DNA from: Lophium mytilinum
Taxonomy: Eukaryota
Length of the DNA: 64,000 nucleotides
NCBI GenBank assembly: GCA_010093605.1
Contig: MU004189.1
Location: 689,834-753,833, forward strand
Direction of reading: 5' to 3'
Under the pieces are notes generated by a model. That model worked only from the letters and a program-made list of their open reading frames with translations. It was not told the DNA's origin and ran no database searches. This document shows, in pieces, positions 12,397-24,477 of this stretch; the first letter of the stretch is position 1, and the number at the start of each line of letters is the position of its first letter. A program made the translations under genes and the position numbers.

Positions 12397-13609
12397 ATGG
12401 AGAATTACCCACTGGACGAGCATCATGGCCCATATACCCTTATCACACACATCGTACTCACTAGCATCGCAATGTTAGTAGTAGGATTGCGGTGCGTTGC
12501 ACGATTCACGTCTAGCGGTTTGAAAGCTGACGACTATGTGATGGTGATGGCGCTGGTGAGTACGAATGACCATTAGATCTCGTTTCTGTTCGCTAATAGC
12601 CACACAGATTGTCGCAATCACTAATTTGATTCTCACCTGTATCGGTGTGAGCCACGGTACCGGCAGACATGTATACTTTCTCAAACCAGACGATATTGTT
12701 ACCACCGTTTTGACAATGTTCCTCGGGGAGTTCCTTCTTCTGCTCAGTCTTTGTCTCGTCAAAGTCTCAGTTATGCTCTTTCTGCTTAATTTCGGCGGGC
12801 TGAAGAAATGGCTTAGGTGGACGCTACTGGGGAATATGAGCGTCATTTGCGTGTCGACGTTCGTGTTTATTGTTATTCTATGGAACCAGTGTAAGCCCGT
12901 GCAAGCGAACTGGAATGGGAAAGGAACGTGTATATCTGTGCAAGCACTAATGAGTGTTACTTATGTTTTGACTGGTAAGTTAAGCACCACAGTAGAAGCT
13001 ATTCGTACTCCACTAACACTTGCATCACAGCATTCACGATCTTAACGGATTTTATATCTGTCTTGCTGCCCTTTCCAATCATCTGGAAACTGAAACTTGA
13101 TATGAGGACCAAGATATCAATAATGGGGGTGATTGGCCTCGGGCTATTGTACGTACACCTGCCTTGCAACGTAAGGAATATCTAACACTCTCCCCAGTGC
13201 CGCGGCCTGCTCCATCGTCCGTATTTGTCTAGTTAAAGATCTCCGCCACTCCCGCGAGGATCCAACCTGGGACCTCGTAAATCTTGGCGTTTGGACGGTC
13301 GTCGAGCTCCACGTCGCCATCATCGTCGCATCGCTCCCGCCCTGCCGCGCCCTCGCGCTCCGCCTATACTCTAAGCTTCGAGGCCGTCCATACCAAGCGA
13401 CGGTTTATCCAGGGTCTTCGGGCGCGTCGCGGACAAAGCAGAGCAAGTACTCGACGAAGAATGGGAGCGTAGATGTGAATGTGTATGACAGGACTCAGGA
13501 CGGGTGGTTGAGGATGGACGGTATCGAGGCGAGGGGGGATGCGGGGAGTGATAGGAGCACGAGTGTTTTGCCACTGAATGCGAATGCGGCGGCGAGTAGT
13601 GCTGCATGA
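12397..13609 (+). CDS. Pth11-like (fungal rhodopsin-domain) 7-TM integral membrane protein without CFEM, 4 exons (12397-12555, 12608-12974, 13031-13148, 13198-13609)
   Basis: LRCVARF...GLKADDY, HGTGRH, KVSVMLF, QCKPVQANW...C, TDFISVLLP, WKLKL...K, CSIVR, DPTWD, and WTVVELHVAIIVASLP are typical of the family. Confidence 0.88.
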
Positions 13610-15052
13610 AATATTATCCGACGGGAACTGAAATTGCTAAAATCTTGTGGTTTTGTAATAGATCTACGTATGTTAGCTCTTGTAACATACAAGGAGTCAT
13701 ACAAAGCTTACTTAGATAAAGATTAGGAGATATGATGAGGCGCTTTCCCTAGACGACGTAAGGTCGAAGCATCCTAGTATCACGGCAAGTCAGTACAATT
13801 CTCCGGCGTGTTTTTGAACTTTAGTAGTATTTGATGTAGTTACTCAGACGATGTCGGTTGAAAGTGATCATGAACCGCAGAAGGTTTCACTTCGGCAAAA
13901 TGGTATTCGTCACAACTGGGTTTCATGGGAACGAAAAGAGAGCACTTACTTTATCTTAGGAACAAATTTCTTGCTGGTACATGGCTTAAAAACAGCGGGG
14001 AGCTCACATTTCCCTTTCGGTGTTCGGACTTCTATTCATTTAATCCTCTACTTCCTACACTTTTCTCACTATGTGACATCTCTAATCATTTCGAATCATT
14101 CACGTCTCTCTTGTGTTCAAAATGAGTCGAAATAGATCATTTACTCTACTAGAGATACAGCTTAAACTTTCAGTGGCTCATAGCCTACGTAACACTGCAC
14201 AAGGTGTACGCTAAGTTCTGAACTCAGGATGAGTCGATTTGCCATGCTGCTATTGGTCAGAACCGCGAGACCTAGCCACTTTTGGGAAGATTCTTGCTGC
14301 TTCCATTATCCTGCAGACATTTAGATCCAAAGGACTAGGAGATCTCAGTAGGTTCTACCACTCTCATAAATCACTCTTAATATGCATAAGTCTGTGCACA
14401 CTTGTTTAACACTGCTTGGGGCACCACCACGGGATATCAAGTATCGAGGCGCCTATGTTAACAGCACGCAGTGCAGATTAGACTCCTTTTTCACAAAGTG
14501 GCTGTTTAATGAATGAGCTAGTCCTGACAGTGGTTTCGATTGAACAAGATCGGAAGCATGTAGTAATATTTTCTTGTGGTCTAATTTTATAAATCAGCCT
14601 TCCCCATTTCAACAGCACACATATCTAAAATGACAAGCTCGATTCTTTACGTCAAGGAAATACAAGAAAAGTAGGTATAAAGTACTCCAACAACGTGCAT
14701 ATCATCGTGGATTGATCACAGCAGCGCCTTTCTTTCAAAAATATCAGTAGTAATTAGTCCTTTTCAAGTCATCTGGGCAAACAATTTGGGAAGCGTTCAA
14801 AGGCTAACTGGCAGAGAAATCGAGAGGATATAGAAGAGTACACACGAATATCTAGAGTGTAAGAGAGTATCATGGAAGGACGGTGAATGATTGATAGTCA
14901 CGTGAGAGCGCGTTCAACGTGCATAAATAGCTCTAGACTGACAAGCGAAGCTACGTCCTTCAACTCAACATCCACCCCCTGACCCCGGAGCTGATCCCCC
15001 ATAACGTCGCGATACATAGCCGCCCGGCCCACTCCAACTAGTACACCAGATC

Positions 15053-17497
15053 ATGGACGAGGGGCCAAACATGTACTCGAACCCCATGGAATTTCTGCAG
15101 CAGATGGGCGTCGGCCCGCCGGGGGGACTTCCGATGCCGTCGTCATTTCCCAGTGCTAAAGAAGTCCGATCAAAGGCGCGACCTCTATCCAGGAACGTTC
15201 TGGAAAATTGGAAGACTCTGAACACCATCATAGAGAGACATGAGGCCACAATCCAGAAGCGATGGTCGAAGAAGACGAAAGAGAGCCGGAAGAGAATTCT
15301 GCTCTCATCTTGGCCCGACATGAACGCGACTCATCGTCCTGACCTACAAGCATTCAAGATGAACTCAGTGCGCCGACTGAGAGAACAAGAAAGAACGAGA
15401 GCGGCCTACCTGTGGCCATATATCAACATAGAAGATCTGGCTAAATCCAAGCTACTTCTACTATTCATAAATGCGAGAGGGCGCAACCCACCAGATGCAT
15501 TTGCTCGGGCCGACATTGAGGCATGTCACTTTGGAATGATATCCGGTGCTATCATGCCCGCTTTCCTGAATGAGTACGTCATGATGTTCACGGGAAGACA
15601 TAGTCCTGATACGTACGGCGAACTTCTTTCTTGGGACGATCATCCCGACGCGTTCGAGTGGTTTCAGACTCAACGTGGCTGTGCACATCCGGGAGAAGGG
15701 CTTATGATTCTCGAGATCCAAGACCGCCTGTATTCCTTTCTAGTGCATACTTGCAAGTTGATTCTCCACGAGATACCTGAAGCTAGCCTACTGGATTCAA
15801 GCACTCCTGTCCAACCAGAACCCCCCTCAGTATCAGCAAACGAGACAGGGCTTTCTTCGCTAGCCATCACTGCCGCTGAAGCTCCATATCGCCTTCCAGC
15901 AGCGCTTGATTTGATGCGTTTGGAGTCGATTGTGGCAGCAAAACTATCAGCTGCGGAGGATCATGTCTTGGCACTGCGCGAGGACCCAGGCTACTTTGCG
16001 AGGGATCTCCTCGAATGGAAAGACCACCGTCAGGAGTGTCTACCTGATACCCTCGGACGTCAACACCCCCTACTCAGTGACCCTTTCAAGGAACCGATAC
16101 TGTGGGAACGGGTTGTTCAGAACGCCTTGACCACTGCAATTTCCAACCTGGAAATGTGGCATTCTGCCCACGAGCAAATCGCCAGTCTAGAGCTTTTGCA
16201 ACAGAAACATGCACCAAACATATCCCCAGACAAAGACTTGCCAGAAGAATATGCTTTCGCATTGTACAGGCTCCTACACCACCTCAAGCAGTTCAGTAAA
16301 GGACCTATTGGGGCCCTCAAAGTTGGATTTAGCGCCTCACCACCCATGCGTCCCTACTTCCATCGCGCCCCACATGATTCAAACTTTCCAAACAAGATTC
16401 GCGTCGGCAACACGACTGGTCTGCCCAAAGACCAAGACCGAGATGAACTCAGGTGGATAATGATGGCCCTATTTGACGATCAACAGCTTCATCTCGCTGG
16501 CCTGAACACGCTAACAGATGAGCTTAACCGACTGACACAAAGTAGCTTGAAAGCTCGGCAGCTCACGTCCTCATGGGTCGATGATCAAGTATCAGATCTG
16601 TCTGTGTACTCGCAGTGTCTGCATCAAATCCAAATCTATCAACCTTGGGCCGCGACATTCGAAGACAAGATGGCCGAAGTGGTCGATGAGCTTCGCAATG
16701 ACTATGTTACAGGAGTAGAGAAGTTCATGACTCCGTACTTTCACACCAGCTTTCAAGGTGCTCTTGGAGCTCTTGGCAATCCTTCGGGAGGCAGATTCCA
16801 TTATCCCGTCGACAAGCCGCGGAATCGCAAGAATACCGAAGCGATGAGGGAGGCCGAAACGGAACTGGATGCCTTCTGGCGTGTGCTACAACTGGACTTG
16901 GAACGCAATCATGCCATCACGCCTCGCCTTCGGCTCCTTCTTTCACGACCAATTCAGCGGACACCAGCTTGGACTGAAGCTGCCAGAAAGCCGACATCAG
17001 GTGTTGAAGCGTTGTTGAAACCCCTCTCCGATATAAACCTACACTTAGAGCATAGCACAGAGCATACGATCGGCCGCGACGAAATTCCTACTCGGAAGGA
17101 GAAGCCCAAGACTCGTGGAGCGATAAAGCAAGCTGAGATCGTTCCCGAAGCAGAACCTATCAACCACCAAGCACCGGAAAAAAGCCCGCTATTCAAAGTA
17201 GACAAGCGTGCGTTGAGAGTCTTGAAAACCATCTTCTTTGAGCCATCGGCATCAGCCCAACCAGGCGAAATAGCGTGGGGTGACTTTCTTCACGCAATGG
17301 CATCTACTGGATTCGAGTTCTTCAAGCTGGGCGGATCGAAGTGGCACTTCATTCCTACGAAGCTGGACAGTGAGCGTCCTATCCAAATACATGAGCCACA
17401 TCCGACCGGGAAGATTCCTTACTACACGGCTTTGCGGCATGGTAGGAGATTGTTTCGGGCGTATGGATGGGATAGGGATATGTTTGCATTAGAGTAA
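15053..17497 (+). CDS. Intronless 814-aa fungal hypothetical protein with a C-terminal HicA-toxin-like domain
   Basis: Long uninterrupted ORF. The C-terminal segment VLKTIF...EIAWGDFLHAMASTGF...GGSKWHF...IQIHEPHP resembles HicA-family toxins (recognised by eye). Confidence 0.8.
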   Translation: MDEGPNMYSNPMEFLQQMGVGPPGGLPMPSSFPSAKEVRSKARPLSRNVLENWKTLNTIIERHEATIQKRWSKKTKESRKRILLSSWPDMNATHRPDLQAFKMNSVRRLREQERTRAAYLWPYINIEDLAKSKLLLLFINARGRNPPDAFARADIEACHFGMISGAIMPAFLNEYVMMFTGRHSPDTYGELLSWDDHPDAFEWFQTQRGCAHPGEGLMILEIQDRLYSFLVHTCKLILHEIPEASLLDSSTPVQPEPPSVSANETGLSSLAITAAEAPYRLPAALDLMRLESIVAAKLSAAEDHVLALREDPGYFARDLLEWKDHRQECLPDTLGRQHPLLSDPFKEPILWERVVQNALTTAISNLEMWHSAHEQIASLELLQQKHAPNISPDKDLPEEYAFALYRLLHHLKQFSKGPIGALKVGFSASPPMRPYFHRAPHDSNFPNKIRVGNTTGLPKDQDRDELRWIMMALFDDQQLHLAGLNTLTDELNRLTQSSLKARQLTSSWVDDQVSDLSVYSQCLHQIQIYQPWAATFEDKMAEVVDELRNDYVTGVEKFMTPYFHTSFQGALGALGNPSGGRFHYPVDKPRNRKNTEAMREAETELDAFWRVLQLDLERNHAITPRLRLLLSRPIQRTPAWTEAARKPTSGVEALLKPLSDINLHLEHSTEHTIGRDEIPTRKEKPKTRGAIKQAEIVPEAEPINHQAPEKSPLFKVDKRALRVLKTIFFEPSASAQPGEIAWGDFLHAMASTGFEFFKLGGSKWHFIPTKLDSERPIQIHEPHPTGKIPYYTALRHGRRLFRAYGWDRDMFALE

Positions 17498-18272
17498 GCA
17501 TATGGACATGTAGGCCTCCAGTCATTAGGACGAGTAATTCGACGAGATCTCGTTGATGTTTCGGGGTATGTAGTCTTGCTCATCAACCCAAAATTGGAAT
17601 TCCAAATACACTTATTCAGCTGCCATCGAATACGAATAATTGCCCCAGTAGATTCCCGTCGGAGTCTCCGGACGCTCAGTTGGCCTTTCTTGGAGTTCTC
17701 CGGTCTTCCTAGGAGAAAGTAAAGGAATACGAGAATATACGTGGCCAGCAGGGGCAATGAAGCTTGGCAAAATCGTATACCAGTCCTCATGAAGCTGCTA
17801 ACGTAAGGTAAACCAGTGGGAACTCCGTCTTCGTAATCGACCCACTGCTGTCAACGCTTCCGAGACAGTATTTGACTACGAAATTTGAGCCTTTTTCGGT
17901 ATAGCTCGTGAATGACTGATATTAGACAGCTTCTGTATTTGTGTAGAAAGACCGAACGAAATAGCCAACTACAATGTAGAAAGGTGCCATGATAAGCAAC
18001 CAGGGAATGTTGACCGTACTTCTAAAGCCTTAGTATAAGCTAAAAAGGGATATATTTTTGCACGCTCATACTATACCGAAACCGCCCCAAATTTTGCCTG
18101 GTGCTAAGCAGTAACCCAACGAATCAGTTACCGCCACATTCTTTCTCCCAGCGTCTATTCGGGGGAGTATATTATGACAGTCTTCTGTCCTCCCAAAAGC
18201 AATATTCAACCTTGATAAACTTCAGCACTTCATTTCCCTTCCAGCCCAAAAATCGATTTCAATCTCGGAACA

Positions 18273-20579
18273 ATGTCTGCCGAACAGTTCATCAAGAAGT
18301 CCTATGACTATGTCATTATTGGTGGAGGGACAGCGGGGTTGGTACTCGCAGCGCGTCTATCAGAGGACGAAGCTGTGACCGTTAGTGTACTAGAAGCGGG
18401 TAGTAATCGGCTGAACGACCCTATGATTGATGCGCCGAACAACTTCATGGGGCTATGGGATAAACCGGAATACGACTGGGCGTACAAGACAGTTCCTCAG
18501 GTAGGCCAAATACGTCGTAGAAAGGTGTTTGTTGTAAGCTGAGTGTTAATTGCTATTACAGAAAGGGTTGGACAATCGAGTCGTGTACTGGCCTCGGGGC
18601 CGCTGCCTCGGAGGCTCCAGCACTATCAACTTCAATATGTTTTCTCTGGCCTCGAAACAAGACCTGGACAACTGGGGCGAACTGGGCAATGAAGGGTGGA
18701 CTTTTGATGATTTGGCGCCGTACTACCGCAAATTCGAACATTATACTCCAGCATCGAAAGATCTGGACGCCAAGCTGGGAGGTGCTTCAAAATGTGTTGA
18801 TCCGTTGCTCCGTGGAACGGACGGTCCGGTTCAGGTATGTACGCCTATGCATACCGTACCAAGAACAGGTCTTGTGCACTCTTGCTTGCCACTGCCCGAG
18901 GTACTCCAACGATTAGCGAGAAGACGAGATCGAACGGATGAATGTATACGCCAGGAACCAGAGCAGATTCACGCGCTTCTATTCCATCGATCTTGCTACC
19001 TTTCGGGCTTGTTTACATCAAGAAGTCGGTAGACTTCAGAAGTAGGGGAAAGAAGGAGTGCACAAACCTACGTTCTAGTACTGTAGAATTCCTACAGAGA
19101 TGCTGACTTTCGTAGGTCTGTTGGTCCGAATCAGATGTTGCGTGGCAACAGGAAATGTGGCCGCCAACGTGCTTAAATGCTGGGTACCCGCAACCGCAAG
19201 ACCCACGATCTGGCTCGTCGTTAGGCGGTTTCAACCAACCGCTTCTCGTGGATCCTATCACCATGAAACGCAGGTACGTTTGACCCGTGAAGAGCGTTTA
19301 CAGCTCCCAGGACCGCGGACTGATAGACACACAGCTATTCAGCTCGGGCATTCTACGAACCGAACACGCAGCGTTCTAACCTTTCAGTTCTCGCGGACGC
19401 TTTGGTGACAAAGATTGGCTTTGAGAAGGGTGAGATTGTAAAGGCTACTGGCGTCTCCTTTAAATCAGGCGGCACTTCATTCTCTGTGAAAGTCTTGAAA
19501 GAAGTCATCGTTTGCGGCGGAACGATCAACTCGCCTCAGATTCTTGAGCTCTCCGGAATCGGCTCCTCAGATATCTTGCAGGAAAATGGGATTGAAGTGA
19601 TAGTCGACAATCCTAATGTCGGGGAGAACCTGTGCGATCACTCTGCGTCGGGCATTAGCTTCGTAAGTTCTCAATCGAAAACCATGACTAAGTGGAACTA
19701 ACACTTCTTTCTCAGGCAGTCAAAGATGAGTATCCCACCGCAGAAGTCCTCCTTCGCAACCCCGAAATCGCCCAGCAAGCTTTCATGGGTTGGATGGAGC
19801 ACAAAGCCGGACCCCTCGCAAACGCCCCAACAACGGTCGCCTTCCTCCCCATCACGACCCTGGTCCCTGATACCACTCCCGTCGAGCTCAAGGCCCGCGT
19901 AGACTCCCTCGTGTCTACCCACCAGGCGGCCCATCCCGAGACCAGCGTCAGTCGCACCGCCCTTATCACCCGCCAGCTCTTCAGCCCCGGCGAAGCCGCC
20001 GTCCAATTGCTCTTCTTCGCCGTCGGCCTGGACCGCTACCACTCCTCCGCGGCTGGCCTCTTCAATCACTCCGCGCCTGGGAACTGGGTCTCGATGGTCG
20101 GATGCAGCACACACTCTCTATCGCGCGGAAGCATCCACATCAAGTCATCCGATCCAGCCACACCACCGGCAATCGACCCCGCTTATTTCAGCCACCCACT
20201 TGACCTCGAAATCGCCTCCCAGGCAATGCTGCGAATGGTGGAGCTAGCTAAGGTAGAGCCGCTGCGGTCGTGCCTCAAGCTGGATGAGCAGGGGAACCCG
20301 ATCGTGCACCCGGAGCACCAGGCTCCAACAACTCGGGCGGAGGCTGAGGCGTGGGTGAGGAAGTTGACGGCCACGGAGTACCATCCTGCGGGCACATGTG
20401 CTATGCTCCCGCGGGAGAAAGGGGGCGTCGTAGATAGTGAGCTAAGAGTGTACGGGACGAGTAATGTGAGGGTTGTGGATGCTAGCGTTTTTCCGACGCA
20501 TGTGCAGGGCAATATTATAAGCTGCGTATATGCAGTTGCGGAGAAGGCGGCGGATATAATCAAGGCGGAGATGAAATAG
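18273..20579 (+). CDS. GMC (glucose-methanol-choline) oxidoreductase, 5 exons (18273-18500, 18562-18834, 19116-19273, 19335-19662, 19716-20579)
   Basis: FAD-binding YDYVIIGGGTAG, PRGRCLGGSSTIN, GTINSPQILELSGIG, VGENLCDH, SRGSIHI, catalytic YHPAGT, RVVDAS and GN. Confidence 0.93.
18856..19081 (+). repeat. Nested imperfect inverted repeats (long fold-back) inside the 281-nt intron 2 of the GMC gene
   Basis: TTGTGCACTC (18872-81) pairs with GAGTGCACAA (19056-65). Flanking AGGT/ACCT and AGAAC/GTTCT extend the stem. Inner pairs are CCCGAGGTA/TACCTTTCGGG and CGAGATCGA/TCGATCTTG. Confidence 0.7.
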
Positions 20580-20764
20580 GAAGAGACGTGGCAGATATTA
20601 GGGAGCAGATAGAGCGAACAAAGAGATAAGAGATTATAGACCTTGAGAATACTGGATTTTAGTGTATGGAATTGGAAACTTGCAATGATAAGAAGAAGCA
20701 GAACCGCGCATCAGTCATTATATTGCTACTTGAACTTGGTGGTAGCTTACTGCGATACCCCTCG

Positions 20765-20840
20765 GGCGAGATCTGCTTCGACAGCGGCGAAAACTGCCTT
20801 GACCACGGCGAAATGTGCCTTGACTACGGCGAATTCTGCC
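20765..20840. repeat. Imperfect 21-bp tandem repeat (about 3.6 copies)
   Basis: GGCGA-led units start at 20765, 20786, 20807 and 20828 (for example GGCGAAAACTGCCTTGACCAC, GGCGAAATGTGCCTTGACTAC). Confidence 0.85.
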
Positions 20841-21281
20841 GTACTTTTTCAATCTTCAGTGTGACCTCGATTTTCCCATTTGTAAGACGGCGAAAATGGC
20901 CATGGCTAAACACATATCAATACGTGAAGGCATCGTAATGACCTAGCAGTCATAGACTTTTCATCGCATCTACTTCTCTACTTTGATATTCTCTACGTGT
21001 CCGACAAGAAATCAAAAGGCCCAATTACGCCAGGGTCCTCAACGGTATCGGTACGTGGCACGCCCTGGACTGGTATTGACTAAGCTCGCCGGTTTCCACC
21101 CGTGGGGCTTTCCAGTAGATTCGGGGGCACAGACGATTGTTCAATTGGCCATTGCCGCGAAAGGATATCCAACAGCGACATTTTCGAACAAGTACGGAAG
21201 CGCCTTTTGGTATTTGAGTGTATTGGAGGTGTGGACAAAGAGTTTGAGAAGAGCTGGAATAGCCCACATCAGACGGGTCAG

Positions 21282-23028
21282 TCAAACCATAGTGCTGACC
21301 AAGTTCAGCAAAGCGCCCAGATTATCGACTCCAGCGTTCCACTTATCCAAATTCTGTGCATTGGATGGCGAGTAGCGTGAGTTCTGTGCATCGATCAGAT
21401 CGCCTAGGGTTTCCAATCCGCTCGTATGAAGAATGCGGGTAGCTTCATACTCTAACTCCCAAGCAGACTCCGTGGGCGCATCCCAAAGACTTTTTAGGCC
21501 AGGAAGCGGGAGAAACCTGTAGCTTTGCGATGGGTCGCAAGGGATTCCGGTCTTGATGCATATGACGCAGCCAATAAGGAACCATAGATGCGCAAGTCTG
21601 CAGAGTCTCAATTAACAAGAATTCGCAAGCCACACATAGATGGGTAAGATATACCGTCGTTGAGACTCGGCAAGGATCCAATCTTCCCAATTCAAACTCG
21701 GGCTAGAAAGCTCACTCTGGAATGTGGATCCTACGCAAGCGTCTTTGAATGACATATAAAGAGTCTACGCAGGTCAGCTATTGAAAGTGGGATTGTGACC
21801 GGCGACCTACATGCAATGCCATGAGAAGCTCCAGACTAGTACTTTCACTCTCGGGAGATTGGTCAATGATACACATGATCAGGTAAACCATGCAAGCTTG
21901 CACTGCCGCAAGCAACTCGAATATGGGCATGTGGTGCTTCTTTCAATGGTCAGAACGAGATGAATACGGGGTGGACAGAAACATACCTCGTTGATGAAAC
22001 GACGATACTCGGCTCTGATGGCACACCAGAGATAGAACTTTGTTTCAGCTGTTCGAGAAGCAAAAATTTGCGCAATGCTCATGCAGGTTGACAATGCTTC
22101 AGGTAGAGCACCTTTTGGTGACTTCGAGAGGAGGTGCGAATGCGGATGGATATACCAAGGAAAAGTGTTCCTTCGTAGCATCATTGTGGGAAACGATCTC
22201 ACCGCCTGAATTACAAGGTTGGCGTTGTGCTGAGCATGAGGCCGCTCCTTTTGCAGAACTGCTAGGAGATGAGAGTCTAGCTCTACCATATAATTCTCAT
22301 TCACCACGGATAGAGAGACACCTGTACTCGTCCATGTGCACCAGGACGGCGATTTCTGGTCGCCTTTGTAGTATGGAGTCATTGAGACGTCCGATAAGCT
22401 TTGAAGTTGACCGGAAGTATCATAATCGAATGCGAGAAACCCATCGAGTGTGAGTGACTCGTTGAATGAAAATGTCTGCGCGTTTGGGTCAATCGATGGA
22501 GGACTGTCGCTGTTGGTAAAATGATGTTCGGCGTAACCCATGGCTAGATGGTCGGTAAAAGGAACATTTGCACTAGAAAAGTTCCCGCCGTCCGCATACA
22601 ATGACCAGGGTGCAAGAGAGACACTTGGTGTATCCGAAGGCCTTGGGACTATCTCGGGGGCTGTTCTCGATGAAGTAGGCAAGGCGCGCCTCGGATCTGT
22701 AGCCGCTCCATCGTACACGCACTCAATGTTCTTCTTCTTACACCGCGTACAAGGTGTTTCAAAGCTGCATTTTATCTTCGTAGCATTACACGCGCGACAT
22801 GATCGCGGCCGTTTGCGCTTACGACTACCACAGTAACGAAGATGCCGATGGCTTGAAGATTCTGCCCCAAATGGTTAGATACTATGGAGTAGGCATATAG
22901 GCCCTAGAGGACGTCCTACCACTGGAGAAAGGTTTCTTGCATTGGGAGCAAAAGTAAACGGCACTTGGCGAAGACGAATCGTGAGACAGGCGGCTAGATG
23001 AATTGGTAGAGGCCGACTGTCTTTCCAT
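21282..23028 (-). CDS. Zn(II)2Cys6 transcription factor with an N-terminal C2HC/C2H2-type finger, 5 exons
   Basis: ATG at 23028. CSQCKKPFSSESSSHRHLRYC finger across intron 22919-22862, then CRACNATKIKCSFETPCTRCKKKNIEC. Downstream PWYIHP, WEDWILAESQRR and LPLPGLKSLWDA. Confidence 0.88.
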
Positions 23029-24477
23029 GGTTTGGTATAATAGGCCTAGCCAACGATTAAAAGGATTCGAGCAATTAATCCTCGGCGTGTGTAAATGCAG
23101 CGAGTTTCCAGTCGAAAACTAGGACGCCTAGGACGCCTATAGTCCTAAAGTCGATGACTAATTCAGGGGATAGCCATTAGCCCAAACTGGAAAGGCGTTT
23201 CGTAGTTACGGCGAATTTGGCCGATTGCACTTTCAGAGGGATTCACGACCCATGGACAAGGCTCAGCCAATAGGCTGTAAGTGAGCAGTCCCATAAAAAT
23301 GTCCCGCAGCGACTGAGCAAGATCGAAAATCCTCCTGCGCAAGTAGCTACCTAGGTATGCGGCACGGGCAAGATTCGAGACGTGTTCTTTGGCTCTCAAT
23401 TAGGATTCTGAGGCCACAGAGTCGAACGACTCGCGTGGATTACCATCAGAAGGCATATAGAGTACAGCCTCCTTGCCAAGGCATTGGAGTCTGAGTGCCG
23501 TCATTGTGAAAACGCCTCGTGATAATAAGTCCGACTATGATTGTGGCGGTGCGGAAGATCTGCGGAGGTTAAGCGGCGAGGAACGAAGGCGGTTGCAGAG
23601 GATGAGGAGTCTCGGAATATTTCCATCAAGAGGAGGTCTATGGCTGCTGGTGCTCAGTTCTGAAACAGGATGTGGTGATGTGAGGGAGGCACAGCGGTGG
23701 GGGCTGAACCGTACTTGGCATGCAAACCTTTGTATAGCCAATCACGGCCTTAGTATTCTGCAATCAATGCATATTACGTAGAATAGTGTTCACGTTCACA
23801 TGGAGGAAGGTCTAGCTTCAACAGTTTGAGAAGGGGTTGTCAAAGATGCCTACATAATCTACTCTCACTCATGATGTCTGGCTTGTAGGTACGGAACTGT
23901 GCTTCCAACATGGTTCTTGATATGATGAGCTCCGTTTCTCAGCTGCCCAGCTTATTTCTTCAGCCACGCACTGGGCAGGGTCTTGTTTGATAGTAATCAT
24001 TCCTCCGGCATCTCGATTCTTCTCCAATGGCATGTTAGGTTTTACTGTGCATGTTCTGCATCGTCGCGCGGTCCCAATTAGGTTCTTATTACAGTCAGCG
24101 GCGGGGCAACTGTGCATGCTAACGGCCAGGCTGGGTCTTAGAAGCACTTTGCTAGTGGACCATTCTGCGAAAGGAGCCTAGCAGTAATCAGTCGACATCT
24201 TGCCGGCTTTCGATGCCACAGAGCGCCTGCTCAAACGAAGTGCCCAATTGTGCGAGACTGTGCGTTGATAGCCGATCGTCGCAGCTATTCTTAGGCAGCC
24301 CTGTGCACAGCACTGCCTCATTTAAAAGCCCCATCCAACATATATGTATTTGATGACCATCGCTCACTTGATCTCTTCGCCACTCTCGAAAAACTAATTC
24401 TTTGAAGTTCGACTAAGGCTTCTGACACTTGACTTCTTCTCATCCAATCTTAACCTTCAAGTGCCAAAACATCAAAT

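Noticed and set aside
18835..19115. TPP riboswitch in the long GMC intron
   Set aside because: The conserved CTGAGA and downstream aptamer core are absent, and the gene is unrelated to thiamine.
20765..20840. CRISPR-like array
   Set aside because: Contiguous tandem units without spacers, in a eukaryotic genome.
23119..23139. 9-bp tandem duplication (CTAGGACGC x2) upstream of the TF as a transposon footprint
   Set aside because: No other transposon evidence; simple slippage explains it.
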